Source of the DNA: Octopus vulgaris | Taxonomy: Eukaryota | Direction of reading: 5' to 3' | Assembly (NCBI GenBank): GCA_951406725.2 | Contig: OX597816.1 | Span: forward strand, 139,066,001 to 139,130,000 | Length of the DNA stretch: 64,000 bases | In this document: one piece after another, positions 14,412 through 27,881 of the stretch | Layout: every line of letters starts with the position of its first letter | Numbering within the stretch: position 1 is the stretch's first letter | The notes under the pieces: model-generated | Database searches by the model: none | Told to the model about the DNA's origin: nothing | The model's input: only the letters and a program-made list of their open reading frames with translations | Translations under genes and position numbers: made by a program

Positions 14412-14605
14412 GACGGCGAGCGGACACATGTCCTGCACTATTTCTTCCGATTCATTACACTCTGAGTTCAAATGATGTTAAGATCAACTTTGCCTTTCGT
14501 CTTTCAAGGTCTGGAAAATAAGGTACATGTCAAGTACTAGGGGTAATGTCATTGGATAATCTTCTCTCCTTACAACTGCTGACCTTGTGACTCAAATTAA
14601 AAACA
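14412..14605 (+). mobile_element. SINE family A, degenerate
   Basis: tctgagttcaaat...caactttgcctttcgtctttc. Confidence 0.6.
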
Positions 14606-15439
14606 TTATGCAATATTAATACATGGGTGGAGGCCGGAGTTTAGATTTCATTTATGCCTCATTACAAGAAATGTCAAGATTGCATTGCATTTAGCTTGTG
14701 AACTCCCGTAACTTCACACTTGCTGTTGCTATGTTCATATATCTTCACACAACTAAATGGTTTCAGAAATGTGGATGAATTCCCTATTTAACGTTAGTAT
14801 GCCACCGTTAATAAGACCACCATCCAGGTTTTGGATAGTGGCTGGAAGGCTTATCTTAAAATCTTATTTGTTCCCGATGGAGTAATTAAACAAATGAGAT
14901 GGCCCACTGGATCGAATGTTGCATCCAGTTTTCTATAGGAGGAAATGGGTGTGAGACACAACACCAGCACAGTCATATGTAATTCCATGTCTTTCACATA
15001 TATCTTTTCTTGAATATCCTCCAATATTCTTGAATATTTTTCTTATCATTGAAGGGAATTAATGCCCTATTTAACATGACTACAGTGATAAGTGTTGCAG
15101 GTTCAAATACTCTGCCTCACTACCTAGATGTGCTTACTGCTTTGACCATAGATCAACAACAGTTGATGAAAAGTTTATCTACTTTGAAAAGATAAAAGCC
15201 ATTTCAGCTCCGGCAACATTTCAACTCAGAATGTATAATCAAAATAGTAAAAAGTATTTTTCTTGACGCTTCACCGATTTTAGCTGTTCATTCTTCTGCT
15301 ACCAGGACTAATAATAACAAAACCAATAATAGTATCAACAGAGACATCAATAACATTTTCAATATAATTCATAAATTGAAGACGAACTCTGATATACCTT
15401 GACCTTATATTAACATAATTTGCATTTATCTTATATTTG

Positions 15440-15725
15440 ATATCATTTAATATCTTTTAAATATAAGTCTAATATCATTGAAATGTATTTCTGTATATTG
15501 GCAAAATATCGTCCCAGAATTCCTTCAATATAGAGCCATTTACTCTCGAATAGCCTTCACGTAACGTCCTCTCAGTATCATTTAAACATCGTTCAAATGT
15601 CCAAATTACGTCCTAATATCGTTCAGATATCGTTTAAGTGTCGTTCCAGTGAGGTCGAATTACCGTCTAAATATCGTCCTCATACCAAACCAGTATCGCT
15701 TTAATATCATCCAAGTAGCGTCTAG
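15440..15725. repeat. Degenerate ~11-bp minisatellite (consensus near aatatcgttca)
   Basis: Units agtatcattta, aacatcgttca, aatatcgttca, gatatcgttta, agtgtcgttcc, aatatcgtcct, agtatcgcttt, aatatcatcca. Confidence 0.6.
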
Positions 15726-15986
15726 CGTACAGTACAATATATTATATTGTCCAAGTATTATTGTATATATGACGTTATTTATGAGTAATATACATATATT
15801 TCCCACGTCATAATTCTGTAAACATGGCGAGTTCTTCCTCTTCCTGTTTAATTTTCTTCCTCTCCTTTCCCCTCCTTCTTTAAACTTTTCTCTCCTCCTC
15901 TCTCTCAAACTTTTTTATCTTCACTCAAAATATATTACTTTCAAACCGGAGCGAAAAGGTATTTTAAAAGAAATCTTTTCAATAAA

Positions 15987-16006
15987 CTTCTATTAATATC
16001 TCCAGG
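15987..16006 (+). other. Candidate 3' splice acceptor upstream of the MARCH exon
   Basis: cttctattaatatctccAG|G with AG at 16004-16005, 22 nt before the ATG. Confidence 0.5.
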
Positions 16007-16027
16007 TTGATCCTTTCAACAGTGAGT

Positions 16028-17278
16028 ATGAATCATCAAGGAAATGTCACGTTACAATTACAACGTGAATATTCAAGGGATGAAAGTAGATCAAATATTA
16101 CTGCTTTGAACACAGTAGAAAATTTCATCGATCAAGACGTCGGGAGCGAAGTGCGAAGTTTTCCCACATTACCACCAGAAATGATATTTTCTCCTCACAC
16201 CTCAAGAAGAGACACAATACAAGATGTAATAACTACAGTAAATGAATCACCAGAAGTTTTGTCAGATGGTAAAGAGCAACTTATTATTAACGTAGAACCA
16301 ACGTCACCTGCAATGACTGACAGTCAGGATGTTATTACCGCATCTTCTTTGACGAAAGACACTAACACTTCAGAAATAGATATAAAAAGCAACTTTGTTG
16401 TAAAATACCATCCGCACTTAGAAGATGTAGAAAAGCTTTCAGGTACTGCACCTAATATCAAAGATAAATCAATTTCAGTTGTTCAACTTGGTAAGGGAGA
16501 AGAGCTATCTGAGAATGTCCATACAGATTTTCAATCTGTAAAAACGGGACATTGTGACAACATATCTCTCAGTACATCTTCTGATGGTGATCGATCTAAA
16601 GATGACACACCATGTTGCCGGATCTGTCACGGTAGTAGCAGCGCAGGACAACTTTTATCTCCATGCTATTGTAAGGGAACGCAAGGTCAAGTGCACATAA
16701 AATGCCTAGAACACTGGCTAAGTTGCACTGGAAGAACAAAATGTGAATTATGCGGATACCAATTTGAGTTCACAGAACAATCTAAATCTTTCTCAGAATT
16801 CATCTTATGTCCTGGAAACCGATATGTAAAGAACTTGCTTTTCTGTGACATTTTATGTTTTATTTTAGTAACACCCCTAACTTTAGCAAGTGTAAGCCTT
16901 GTTATCGCAACTGCTGCTCTGTTAGATTGGAAGGCCTCAATGGAAGTCATAGGACTTATACTATTTGCAGTTTTTGTAATATTTCTCTATATGTTTTGGC
17001 TTATAACAGCTTTGCGTTTTCAGAGGAACATGTGGAGGCACTGGAAATTTCGTAACCGAGTCGTTCGTATCAAATTCGAAAAGTGCAAAACCTCAAATTC
17101 TTCGCGAAGTTCTCCTTGGAGAAATCTCCGTAATCTAGAGAGACATAGAAATGATGCCGAGGATACAGTTCGAAGCACTTTTCAAAGTAATCAACGTCCT
17201 GATTCCTCAAATGTTCAGATATGGTGCTCTACTAATAGTCAGATTTTGGTGATTCCGCGAGAACCTTTGGAAAGTTAA
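16028..17278 (+). CDS. MARCHF2/3: MARCH2/3-like membrane-associated RING-CH E3 ubiquitin ligase (416 aa from first ATG), coding sequence in a single exon
   Basis: Long non-repetitive ORF. C4HC3 RING-CH motif CRICH...SPCYCKGTQGQVHIKCLEHWLSCTGRTKCELC (~16613-16753), then two hydrophobic helices (LFCDILCFILVTPLTLASVSLVI; VIGLILFAVFVIFLYMFWLI) and W..W...N..VRI, as in MARCH2/3. The supplied ORF starts at TTG 16007; first ATG is 16028, with an in-frame TAA at 15983. Confidence 0.9.
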   Translation: MNHQGNVTLQLQREYSRDESRSNITALNTVENFIDQDVGSEVRSFPTLPPEMIFSPHTSRRDTIQDVITTVNESPEVLSDGKEQLIINVEPTSPAMTDSQDVITASSLTKDTNTSEIDIKSNFVVKYHPHLEDVEKLSGTAPNIKDKSISVVQLGKGEELSENVHTDFQSVKTGHCDNISLSTSSDGDRSKDDTPCCRICHGSSSAGQLLSPCYCKGTQGQVHIKCLEHWLSCTGRTKCELCGYQFEFTEQSKSFSEFILCPGNRYVKNLLFCDILCFILVTPLTLASVSLVIATAALLDWKASMEVIGLILFAVFVIFLYMFWLITALRFQRNMWRHWKFRNRVVRIKFEKCKTSNSSRSSPWRNLRNLERHRNDAEDTVRSTFQSNQRPDSSNVQIWCSTNSQILVIPREPLES

Positions 17279-18349
17279 ATTCAAAATTCCAGACTGTTAA
17301 TGCTATGTTATATTTTCAGAACAACCTGAGAAGGTAAATAAACTACTGAAAATAATAGAGATGATAAAAATTTGCAAGTGTCTGATAATTAGAATGTGTT
17401 AAATAGACAGTAGTTGGGTCATTCCTAAACATGATTTCCTAACTGTGTCAACAACATCCTTCAAATTTACAAGAAAGCACCACATGTTGATATTTTCATT
17501 TGACGTATACATAATTAAGACTACATAAATATTAACTATGATGTCAAACTACGCGCCTTTACATTACATTTGCTTTCGTCTTATTATTTTTCACTACATT
17601 ATTTTGAATTCAAATGTATCTTTATATCTGGATCTTCTGGAAGTGCCTAGTGATACTTTCTCTTTTTTTCATCTCTTCCTGACATCTGTCGCTTTTCTCT
17701 TTTCACTACTCCCTCACTATTTAGAAAATCCATGAGCATCTAAAGTTTGATAAAATTTCGTATACATTACATAACCATATAAAAGCTAATACGCTCATTA
17801 TCTATCTAAATGGAATATTTTGAATTTTTTTAACATTTCAGTATTTCACACAAACTGAAATAGCTGTTCACTGCTTGAAATACCTATATTCCTTTCACTA
17901 TTACTTATAACTGGTCTCTTCTGTTTCCAACACGTCACTATATCTTCAAACACTAAATTCCCCAAGTATTTTGTATAATTATCTCCGCCCTAACGGGCAT
18001 TATTATGATGGACTTTCTTCCTTATCAACGATTTCGCAATTAAACTAGATATTGTTTAAAGTAACTCCAGCTAATGACTCCTCATAATGAAGTTGTTCTT
18101 CAACAACTACTAAAATATGATAAACGGTACTTTTTTATAAAATGAAAGATATATAAGATATATAAGGTCACTATTACTTGTAAGGTAAGGTTATAGTGGA
18201 TTGAAGTGATCCCAATACCGTTTGTTATATTGGTACCGGAGGAATTCAAGACCAAGACTGCTTCGTGATTGGCAGATATTAAAAGAATGAAAGTAAATCG
18301 TAGAATCAACTGTTGCACGTATTCTGTTGAATTACTGTTGCAGTGATAG

Positions 18350-18355
18350 AATAAA
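18350..18355 (+). other. Candidate polyadenylation signal for the MARCH transcript
   Basis: AATAAA (overlapping pair, aataaataaa) ~1.07 kb after the stop, within the microsatellite-free downstream region. Confidence 0.3.
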
Positions 18356-19587
18356 TAAAAGTTTATTGAAATCTTGGTGGCATAGACACTGGAAGACCAA
18401 CACCATTCTAATGAAACATTTCATATTTTCTTGGCGTCAACTTTGATATTTCGGTCAGTGACTGATTAAAAGCCTGATTGTATTATCTATTTTTGCAAAG
18501 AGTTAAAAAGCAATAATCCGATATAGGCTACGTAATTTCTCAGTAAATTACTATTTTGAATTGCAGCAGAATGAGAGGTTTCATGGAATACATTCAATAT
18601 TATTCATACTGATATTAAAGAGTTGTAGAATAATTAAGAATAATACCAGTTCAATATGTTTCCTTGTCATCTGCCACATTCTAAACTAGTGTTTCTGTTT
18701 TAAAACAGCATTAGAATATATATTTTTATTTTATCAGTAAGAAAGGATAATCTTATGTTTTCTGAATTATCCATGTATTATATTTAATAAAATATTCACA
18801 AAAAATATTGAATTCTTTTTTTTTTTCAGTTCAAAGATAAAGGGATTATATAATGCAGATTAAAAGCAGGGAATGCAGAAAATATATAAAATATAGAAAG
18901 ATATATGAACACAATTATTATTACTAATTGAACTTCAAAAATAAAATATGAAAAAGTCTTTTTCTGTGGTTGGTGAGCTATAAAATTCAACATACAAAAA
19001 AGATGCATGCAGTTACTTAGAAACACACACATTGAAAGAAAAAGAGAATTTAGTCGATAAAAAAAAAACTGCAGATATATCAAGTTTCTCAAACACGTGA
19101 AAATGTGGCTAAGAGTTGAGATTCGATGTGGCGTAAGAAGTTACGATCAATATTTAAAAAAAATATGCAAAAGCAGGGAAATGGTAGAATATATGTAGTA
19201 TATGTTCATAATCTGATTCTATATGCAATCTCAGTCAGATGAGGCAATGATTTATAACGATCAACAAGCAAAAGGTCAAGTTGTGTACTTGTAAGAACTG
19301 TGTTGTTCTGAGTGATAGATTACGACAACGTTTAAAAGCGTAACTTACAGGAATTCTCTAAAGGCTATCAAGCAATCTGCTTATAACTCTTAAAATGATA
19401 TAAACCAACCTTAATATCTTACACGTTTTCCTTCGTAAATTGAAAGTGTTAGGTCCTCATATTAAGAGTTCTGTGTTAATGGTAGAAAGGGGAGTATTTA
19501 ATGTATACCCAGCGGAAATTACAATCACCTTTTAAATGAAGAAAATGTGTGAAAGTCCCTGTCAGTACATATCTTGAAATAATGAAA

Positions 19588-19622
<35 letters not shown>

Positions 19623-19717
19623 GCCCTATATACATGCACACATACATATACATACATGCTTACATACATACACAACACACGCACACACACACACAAATAT
19701 ATATATGCTTATATACA

Positions 19718-19748
<31 letters not shown>

Positions 19749-21688
19749 CATGCATGCATGCATGCATGCATACATACATACATACATACATACATACATA
19801 CATACATACATACATACATACATGCATGCATGCATACATACATACATACATACATACATACATACATACATACATACATACATACATACATACATACATA
19901 CAAGTGTGTATATATAATAGTATATATAATAGTATGTATATAAACACTCACTCTTCTCTATCAAACTTTAAGCAATGTTTTGAAAATCATTTTGTTATAC
20001 ACTGAGTATACATAAAAGCATAAAATCTTCAAATTAATGCGGGGAAAATCGTATTCTTAGCTTTCTTAGTCTTGTGAGCAACCTATCAGATTATTTTCCC
20101 CACCGAATAATGTTATTATTCTTCCATTCGTATTTCGCAGCCTTCCAAAGTTGATCAGAGTTTGCAGTTTATTTTTACGAGATGGTGTGTGCATGCAACT
20201 CTGAGTGTATTTCAACAATTGTAAAGCATGTTTGATGGAGGATCTTGCAGTATCCCTTTTTCCACACGAATAAAAAAGATCACTTTCCAGCAAGCAAAAA
20301 TTATATCGTGGGGAAAAAAAGATTAAAAAAAACAGGTAATTTTTTTAACCTGGCAGTGATATTACCCATAGTGGGAAGTTGGAAAAAATGGTCTGAGAAA
20401 AACTTACTGAAATTTTTGTTCTGGAAGATTCAAGTACAGATTTGATTTCCATAGAGAATACATCTGGGTAAGCCGGTGATATTGATGCCCTTAAGTTCCG
20501 CTTGAATTGTATAACATCGATGCAGGAGCTATATATGCAAGGAGAAAACTTGTAATTTCAAGAAAGAGCCGTTAGTAGATTTCGTGATAGTCTTTGGAAA
20601 TTACTGTATCTTAAGTGTTGCGTAAATTTGTGCTTAATAAATGCTTGTGTTTTAAAAAAAGTAAAATAAAAAAAATACACGGATTATAAACGGACAGTAA
20701 GAACGTTTAAATGGTACTGCATGTGAGTGGGTCGCATGCAGCCATTTCATCTTCATTGATTTCATTGTACGTATTGCTATTTTTCATTTATTTTATGTTT
20801 TTGACCCCGCTGTGCTGTCCTGTCTGTCTTTGTACTGTCCCCTCTGTGTTAGGGGATCTTGTAACTGTAATAAAGATCATTATAATTTATAATTTCCTAA
20901 CAGGAGACGTGCATATACATCCATATTCCCCTTGAAGACGGAACTGCTAACTGTTATTATCTTTTACTCCGGTTCTCTTTAATTTTTCAATCATAGATCT
21001 ACTCACCATTATTATCTTTCATTAAGGATGCTCTTTAAATCTTCGATGGACTGGTAACTTACAAATACCATTTATTAAGAATATTCCTTAAATCTTTCTC
21101 TCGGAAGATGGTTTAGTTGGCTTACATGAATGTCTTTGGTGAAAGACATATGCTCCAGGTACTCAGATACAGGTACTCGAAACAATTGTAAGAGATTTTA
21201 CACACTATTTCTTAATCCCTTATTTATTCTAGCCAATCTTTAATTAGGTTTACATTATAAATTACATACCATAAAGTGATACCACGTTTTACTTGTTCAT
21301 TTACCTTTTCTAATATACGCATAATTTATCTATGTTTATATCTATCAACCTATCTATCTACCTGTCTACCTATCTATCTACCTAACTACCTATCTACCTA
21401 TCTATCTACCTAACTATCTACCTACCTATCTACCTACCTATCTACCTATCTATCTACCTATCTACCTATCTACCTATCCATCTACCTATCTATCTACCTA
21501 CCTACCTACCTATCTATCTCTATCTCTATATCTATCTCTATATCTATCTTTATATCTATCTTTATATATATCTCTATCTCTGTCTCTCTATATCTATCTC
21601 TATATCTATGCATGTCTCTCTCTATATCTATCTCTATCTATATACACGCACACATACATATGTATCTACGTACTTATGCATGTATGTA

Positions 21689-21883
21689 TACTCTTTTACT
21701 CTTTTACTTGTTTCAGTCATTTGATTGCGGCCATGCTGGAGCACCGCCTTTAGTCGAGCAAATCGCCCCCGGGACTTATTTTTTGTAATCCCAGTACTTA
21801 TTCTATCGGTCTCTTGCCGAACCGCAAAGTGACGGGGACGTAAACACACCAGCACAAACACAGGGACAAACACAGATACACAA

Positions 21884-21936
<53 letters not shown>

Positions 21937-22103
21937 CATATATACGACAGGCTTCTTTCAGTTTCCGTCTACCAAATCCACTCACAAGGCTTTGGTCGGC
22001 CCGAGGCTATAGCAGAAAACACTTGCCCAAGATGCCACGCAGTGGGACTGAACCCGGAACCATGTGGTTGGTTAGCAAGCTACTTACCACACAGCCACTC
22101 CTG
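21689..22103 (-). mobile_element. SINE family C (full length, internal (TA)n)
   Basis: Minus strand: gctgtgtggtaag..gggttcagtcccactgcg..ttgggcaagtg..gacggaaactgaaagaagcc-(TA)n-..gactgaaacaagtaaaagagtaaaagag tail. Confidence 0.9.
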
Positions 22104-22907
22104 TATGTATGTATTATGTATGTATGTATGTATGTATGTATGTATGTATGTATGTATGTATGTATGTATGTATGTATGTATGTATGTATGTGTTTGTGCG
22201 TATGTTTCTGTATGTATATATTTCATACATGTAAGTATGAAATATGTTTATTTATGAAGTATACAGGTATATACCATGTGTTGTTTTCTCCATACATTTA
22301 CGTAGGGAAGCTATTTATTTCACAATAAAATAAGTGGCTTGACAATTTGTTGACAGAAATTACGAGATCAAAGAACAGCTGACTAAATCATCTTCTAGGC
22401 AGAATTAAATTGGTTGTGAAATCTATCATTTCTCATTTTTACTACCAAATTTACCGCCTGGATGTTCCTATCCTATTCCTTCTCCCATCCTTTCATATCC
22501 AGCATTAGGCATATCTTGAGACCTGAAACTGATTTCTTCATTTGATGGCGACTAAACATTTAAGTATGTTCACTATACTATTAATAGGTAACAGTTATGA
22601 ATTAAACGTAACCGAATAAACGTGTAGTTATACTTCAGAAGTGATCTGTTGTTGCTGGTTCAGCTTGTAAGTCATATGGATATCAAGAAAATTCTAGCTA
22701 TTGATGGAGTAATAAAATTGTCATCAGTTATTGCAGAAGCAGTAGGTATGAAAGTAGTTTTATAGTGTGATCATATGAATTTCCCCTTGAAGTATAAATA
22801 TACCAAAGTAGTCCTAGTTCACTTAGTTGACATGTCACAAACTACAGAGAATTAACATTAGCTCTGACGACTCCCGAAATAGTGGACGTCTCACGCATAG
22901 AGAAAGT

Positions 22908-22942
<35 letters not shown>

Positions 22943-22968
22943 ACGTATATATATATATATATATATAT

Positions 22969-23160
22969 ACGACAGGCATCTTTCAGTTTCTGTTTAACAA
23001 ACCCACTCACAAGACTTTGGTCACCCGAGGCTCTAGCAGAAGGTACCTACCCAAGTTCCTCGGAGTAGGACTGAAACCGGAGCCGTGGGTTGGAAAGCAA
23101 ACTTTTTACTGCAAAGCCACACCTGCGCCTAGCCACGCCTGTGCCTAGTCACGCCTGCGA
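22969..23160 (-). mobile_element. SINE family C 5' half with triplicated head end
   Basis: gccacacctgcgcctag / ccacgcctgtgcctag / tcacgcctgcg at ~23116-23159. Confidence 0.7.
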
Positions 23161-23399
23161 GAATATCATGCAATATATTTATAATCTACCCCGTCATAAT
23201 AATCTATCTATGAAATAAAGTGAAAAAATAATTCTGTTTTCCTTCATACGATGTCTAACTTCAGTGAAATGGCACTCCACAGAGTCGTTCATACGAGAAA
23301 TCACAAAATTTAGTTCTTGGTGACGCTATGTTTACAAGGGTAAGAAGTATATTTGTGGACACTTAATTATCAGTATATTTTTTAATCTCTTGAAGCGAT

Positions 23400-24230
23400 T
23401 TAAAAGGTTTTATTTCTTCTTTCAGATTCTCATGGCAGATAAAATGCTAACACAAGAAATGAAAAGGCATGCAATCATTGTTGACCTGCAAAACACACAG
23501 ATTTTGAAAATGCTAATTTTCTAAATGTTGCTAGATCTTTTGCACACAAAGTTGAGACGGAATTGGAAGCCTCTGGCAGGAATATTTCAATTTTACGAAA
23601 GAGAAAAAGAATATAAATATTCGGAGACCCAAAGGACAGCACAATATGTAACGCGTTCAAAGCATTATCGATGATGACTCCCAAAATCAAATTGTATGCA
23701 CTGAAGAGAGGCATATTCATATCTACAAAGACACAGGAAAACTGTTTGATTCGTGTCAAGCGGTTACTTAACAAGGTCAAAAAGTTTCACGAACATGGCA
23801 GTTCCGGTTCTTCTTTCAAGAACTTCGATGAAGACCAAAATTCTAACAGGAGAAATGACAGACAGTTATTTGCAGACCATTCTGTTGTTCTCAGAGTGAT
23901 GCAAAGTCAGTTTCCGGCAGCTGTAACAGTTATAGGAGTGGAGAAAAAAGATCATGTTGTGCCACCTCATTTTTTCACATGGTCTTAGAATTAATGCTAC
24001 TGGTCACGTTAAGGTGACGAAGAAAGTGGAAGGTCTTATGTATTTTAACAAAAGTCAACACCTTCTCATAAAGCCCATGAGAATGGCTGCTGCATAGTGT
24101 GAATTTAGCCTTGCGAAGAGACAATAGGTTCTCTAGGGGTTGCAGAGATTCTATACCTAGCGCACATACGTGGGCCATAATTTAAATTCATTAATAGGGC
24201 ATAATTTGTTTATTACAAGCTGACACAGTA
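23400..24230 (+). mobile_element. Decayed Tc1/mariner DD37D (maT-like) transposon, copy 1
   Basis: MADKMLTQEMKRHAII...KNFDEDQNSNRRNDRQL...QFPAAVTVIGV...HVVPPHFF; homologous to 58428-59110. Confidence 0.75.
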
Positions 24231-24384
24231 TATGCAAACAGAGTTGGCAATTACGATCTCCAGGAGAATAACGAGTTCCCAATCAAGAAAGCATAACATG
24301 ATGTTCAGGAAGTCACTTCTTTGGTGTCATGTTCTCTAGATGAAGAGGTACAGGACGGTAGAGTTTTCCTAGTCCTTAAACAGC

Positions 24385-24485
24385 AAAGTTCGCATAAACT
24401 CTTTAATATCCATAAGATAAAGGTTAGCTATTCATGCTTAGATAATATCGTTTCCATTAATCCAGGCTATAACAGTAACAAATAT
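24385..24485 (+). mobile_element. Penelope-like element ORF remnant (RT to GIY-YIG linker)
   Basis: SHKLFNIHKIKVSYSCLDNIVSINPGYN resembles the PLE linker motif HKIFN.N.IKVSYSCM.N..SII..HN. Confidence 0.6.
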
Positions 24486-25009
24486 GTTCTTACTTCTAAT
24501 GAAACTATTTATAGATCACCAAATTGGCTTTCCATGCAGTTAGTAACAAGAGCTAGTTGTTAACTGTTAATGTCACTACCAGTATACTCTTTCTCTTTCT
24601 TCTGCTACAGTCGCTTTCAATATCCTTATGGAGGAGAAACCCTCTGAAGACACGCTTTCTCCCTGGAAACCATCAGAAAGATCATTCGAATTTCACTAAC
24701 AAATATTTTGTTATTTTCAAAGGAAGCAAATATCATTTCCGCAGAAAGTGTTCCTCTTGCTGCAATAGAAACGTACATGGTGTCCTTGTAGATAAATCTA
24801 AGAAAAAGAAGGTCTTAGATTCGCTTCTCTGTCAGACAAAACAGACCAACGGTAAATAGAAATGTCAGTAGATATTTCACAGCAAATGATTAATGAGATA
24901 CGTGTGTATTGTCGGCATGTAGGGAAGGATGTCATTAAAGAAGTTATCGGTGAATTCAGCTTTTGATGCAATGAGAAAGCAGATGATATTTTTGAAATAA
25001 CAGATCACT

Positions 25010-26450
25010 TTTTAAAAACCTAGTTTAAAATAGGAAAAGACGCTGCACAAATGACGGGAGATATCACTGTTAGGACCAATGTCAAACATCTTTAGTTCTA
25101 TTGCTATTTCAAACCAATGCCACTTTATGAAATTCTCATACATCGCATGGTCCACCAGATTGCTTTTGTCACGCTGGTTAGTTATCCCGTACATTATCGC
25201 TGATAGTAAAATGTTTTGTTCTTAGCAGCTGGTGACTGATGTCCTTGGTCTCTGACACATAAATATTCTTCTTAGTTAAGTCATGTCTTTGTATAACTGA
25301 AGAGCATACTATCCACTTAGATGTGCAATTATAAACTGTATGTATGCGATACTCTGTAGGTTGGCGGAACCAAACAATGTGTCCACTCACAATGCTGTAA
25401 TTGAAATTTGTCTGCACTTAGCGGTAGTGTACATTCTAGCATAGTGTTTGACATACGAGAAGCTATTGATATTCCACTTCAGCACTTTTTTTATATTTGT
25501 CCAAGATGAATAGGAGAAATAGTGCGGTTAGGAAACAGTACTCTCAGCTGTTGTATTTGTGCTGTTGCTTGAAAATGGTCTCTCAGGTAGAGAGAGGAAC
25601 TGCTTGGGTCGAAATTTGCTGTTGCAACACTGTTACTCAAATTGTACATTCTTTAGAACTTTTTTTAGTTGTGTAGATGACTTGTGGGCGTGTCCGCGTA
25701 TGACGAGTTACGACGAGTAAGGCACTATTTTGTGTTTCTTTTATGTAGCTTATTATGGTTTAATTGCGAAACATTAGAGTCCCACGTACGAATGACATAG
25801 GCTGTGATATATCTAATGTGTTGTTTGCATGCTTTTATTTATTTCTGTTGGACAAATGAATGCGGTAGCTGTGATTACTTAAAGTATTTCGGGATATCGC
25901 TTTACTTTAATTTACTTCAGTATATTATGGATATTGTGTAGAGGTGTGTATAATTCAAAATATTTTTAATGTTTGTGTACGATTTCTGTTTTCGAGTGAG
26001 AATATTTTATTACACGTTTTCTAGTATTTCTAGTAAGTAGGAAGACAATAAGTAGATTTGGTAAGTGCCTCTTTATGTATGTTGTGGATAAAGGTCTTTA
26101 AACGATTTAAAATAGTCTTGATATTGTTGTGGAAAGTGTAATTTGTAGAAGGATGGAAATGCGACGTCATCTGCGTACAATGTTTTCTATATGTTTTCTA
26201 GCGACTTGGCAGGATTCCTGAACTTGACTTGTGGATTTGATATAAAATTCTTACAGATCGCTGAACCTGCTATTCGAGCACTTTTGTCATTTCTTTCAAC
26301 ATGGCTTTGGGAATTGATATTCTCAGTATTGTTGGAGATTAAATCAAAACATAGATTTAATCCCAAGACATCTGAAGATAATCGTTTGCAATTGCTAAAG
26401 TTTCTTCTTACTTGTTGCTTAGAAAAAGACAAGTTCAGCGAACTCACAAC
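25010..26450 (-). mobile_element. Highly decayed Penelope-like element (GIY-YIG C-terminus and N-terminal remnant)
   Basis: Minus-strand peptides KNIYVSETK and SNLVDHAMYENFIKW...EIAIELK...PNSD resemble the GIY-YIG tail; NFSNCKRLSSDVLGLNL resembles the PLE N-terminal region; RT core not recognisable. Confidence 0.4.
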
Positions 26451-27096
26451 CTAAGACTGACATATTCAATAAATTGATCACCGAGTATCCTAAGAAGCTG
26501 GAATGGGAACGTAAAGGATATTTCTCAAGTCTTTCACTAACAATTATAACTTGAGAACCCATCGGAGAACTCAAAAGGGTTCAGACGAACCAAAATGTTT
26601 TGGGTACTTGATCTATGGGAGCTCTGGTTCAAATCCTAATAGAGAATGAAAAAAGTGAGAATCCTACATACGTAAATCTGGGAAACTTTTCGAACGATAG
26701 ATTATCAACACACAAAAAACGATAGAAATTTGGAACAATGCGAAGTAGCAAGAAATATAGTGCTACATGGGTAATGCAGTTATAATGTGGGGAAGGAGCT
26801 GATAAAAATTGGTCATGAAATGTTTTATGGTGTAGTCCAATGCATAGTCTAAGAATCAGTATCCATAGAGTCTGAGACTTCTTCAATTTAAATTCTTTTC
26901 GTTTTCGAATTAATCATATATATCATAAGTTTCGTCAACGAGAATAAGATTAATGTATTCTATTCATGTTGTAAATATGTTGGAAGTTTCACTGAACATG
27001 AGCATTCTAGAAACCTATTCAACAACATTGTCTCTGCTACTACTTGCAACTTCATGAACACAGAGATTTGCCTTCATGACGTTAATTACAGTAGCG

Positions 27097-27250
27097 GTTA
27101 CAAATTTTGGCACACGGCCAGCAACTTCAGAGCATGGCAGGCTAAGTCGATTACATCGATCCCAGTGCTCAACTGGTACATATTTTATCGACCTCGAAAG
27201 AATGAAAGGCAAAGTCGACCATAGCAGAATTTGAACTCAGAACGTAAAGA
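27097..27250 (-). mobile_element. SINE family A, 5' truncated
   Basis: ctggtac..tttatcgacctcgaaagaatgaaaggcaaagtcgacc..atttgaactcagaacgtaa. Confidence 0.8.
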
Positions 27251-27828
27251 AACAGTTCGTTGATTGGAGCAGTAAATTCTAAAGCAAATCGAACATTATC
27301 ATTTTCGCTTTATTTTTAAGCCTACCCATACGCTAAAAGTTGTTTTTCTTGCACTGTTTCTTACAGAAACCCAATCATTAGAGCGTATCCCGGTTTCGGA
27401 GATGTATCATCGAGGTCATCTACTGCCACAAGTAATTTCAGGTGAATAGACTGGAACGAAAAGAAATGAAATACTTTGTTCAAGGAAGTACCGCATACTC
27501 TGTCAAGCAATTGAATACATAATTGCATGGTCCTGATTCCAACATTCTACGGACAAGACATACTCTTCTATATCTGTATATGCACAAATAAGTTCTCTTT
27601 AATATATTGCTCTAAATCAATAAACCTTATCCTTATCTCACAAACTATCATTTATGTATACAAGAACTATTATATAATATCCTTTTGTAGTTCCTCGCCA
27701 AACAACCAGCCCTGTGTTCTTATTATATACATATATTTCATGTTGCGTTTTTCATAATCGACAGAATATCGGCAACGAAAAACACAGTGAAGATTTGGGA
27801 ACTTTCAGCTTCCAACAAATCTCCTTTT

Positions 27829-27881
<53 letters not shown>

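Noticed and set aside
13900-15000. Possible very old CR1/L2 LINE remnants on the minus strand
   Set aside because: Only faint peptide resemblance (IKRLRIKRRYT); too decayed to call
15440-15725. CRISPR-like array
   Set aside because: Units are contiguous, degenerate 11-mers without unique spacers; eukaryotic context and no cas genes
16687-17055. Alternative-frame and antisense ORFs over the MARCH gene
   Set aside because: Short shadows of the real CDS with no motifs
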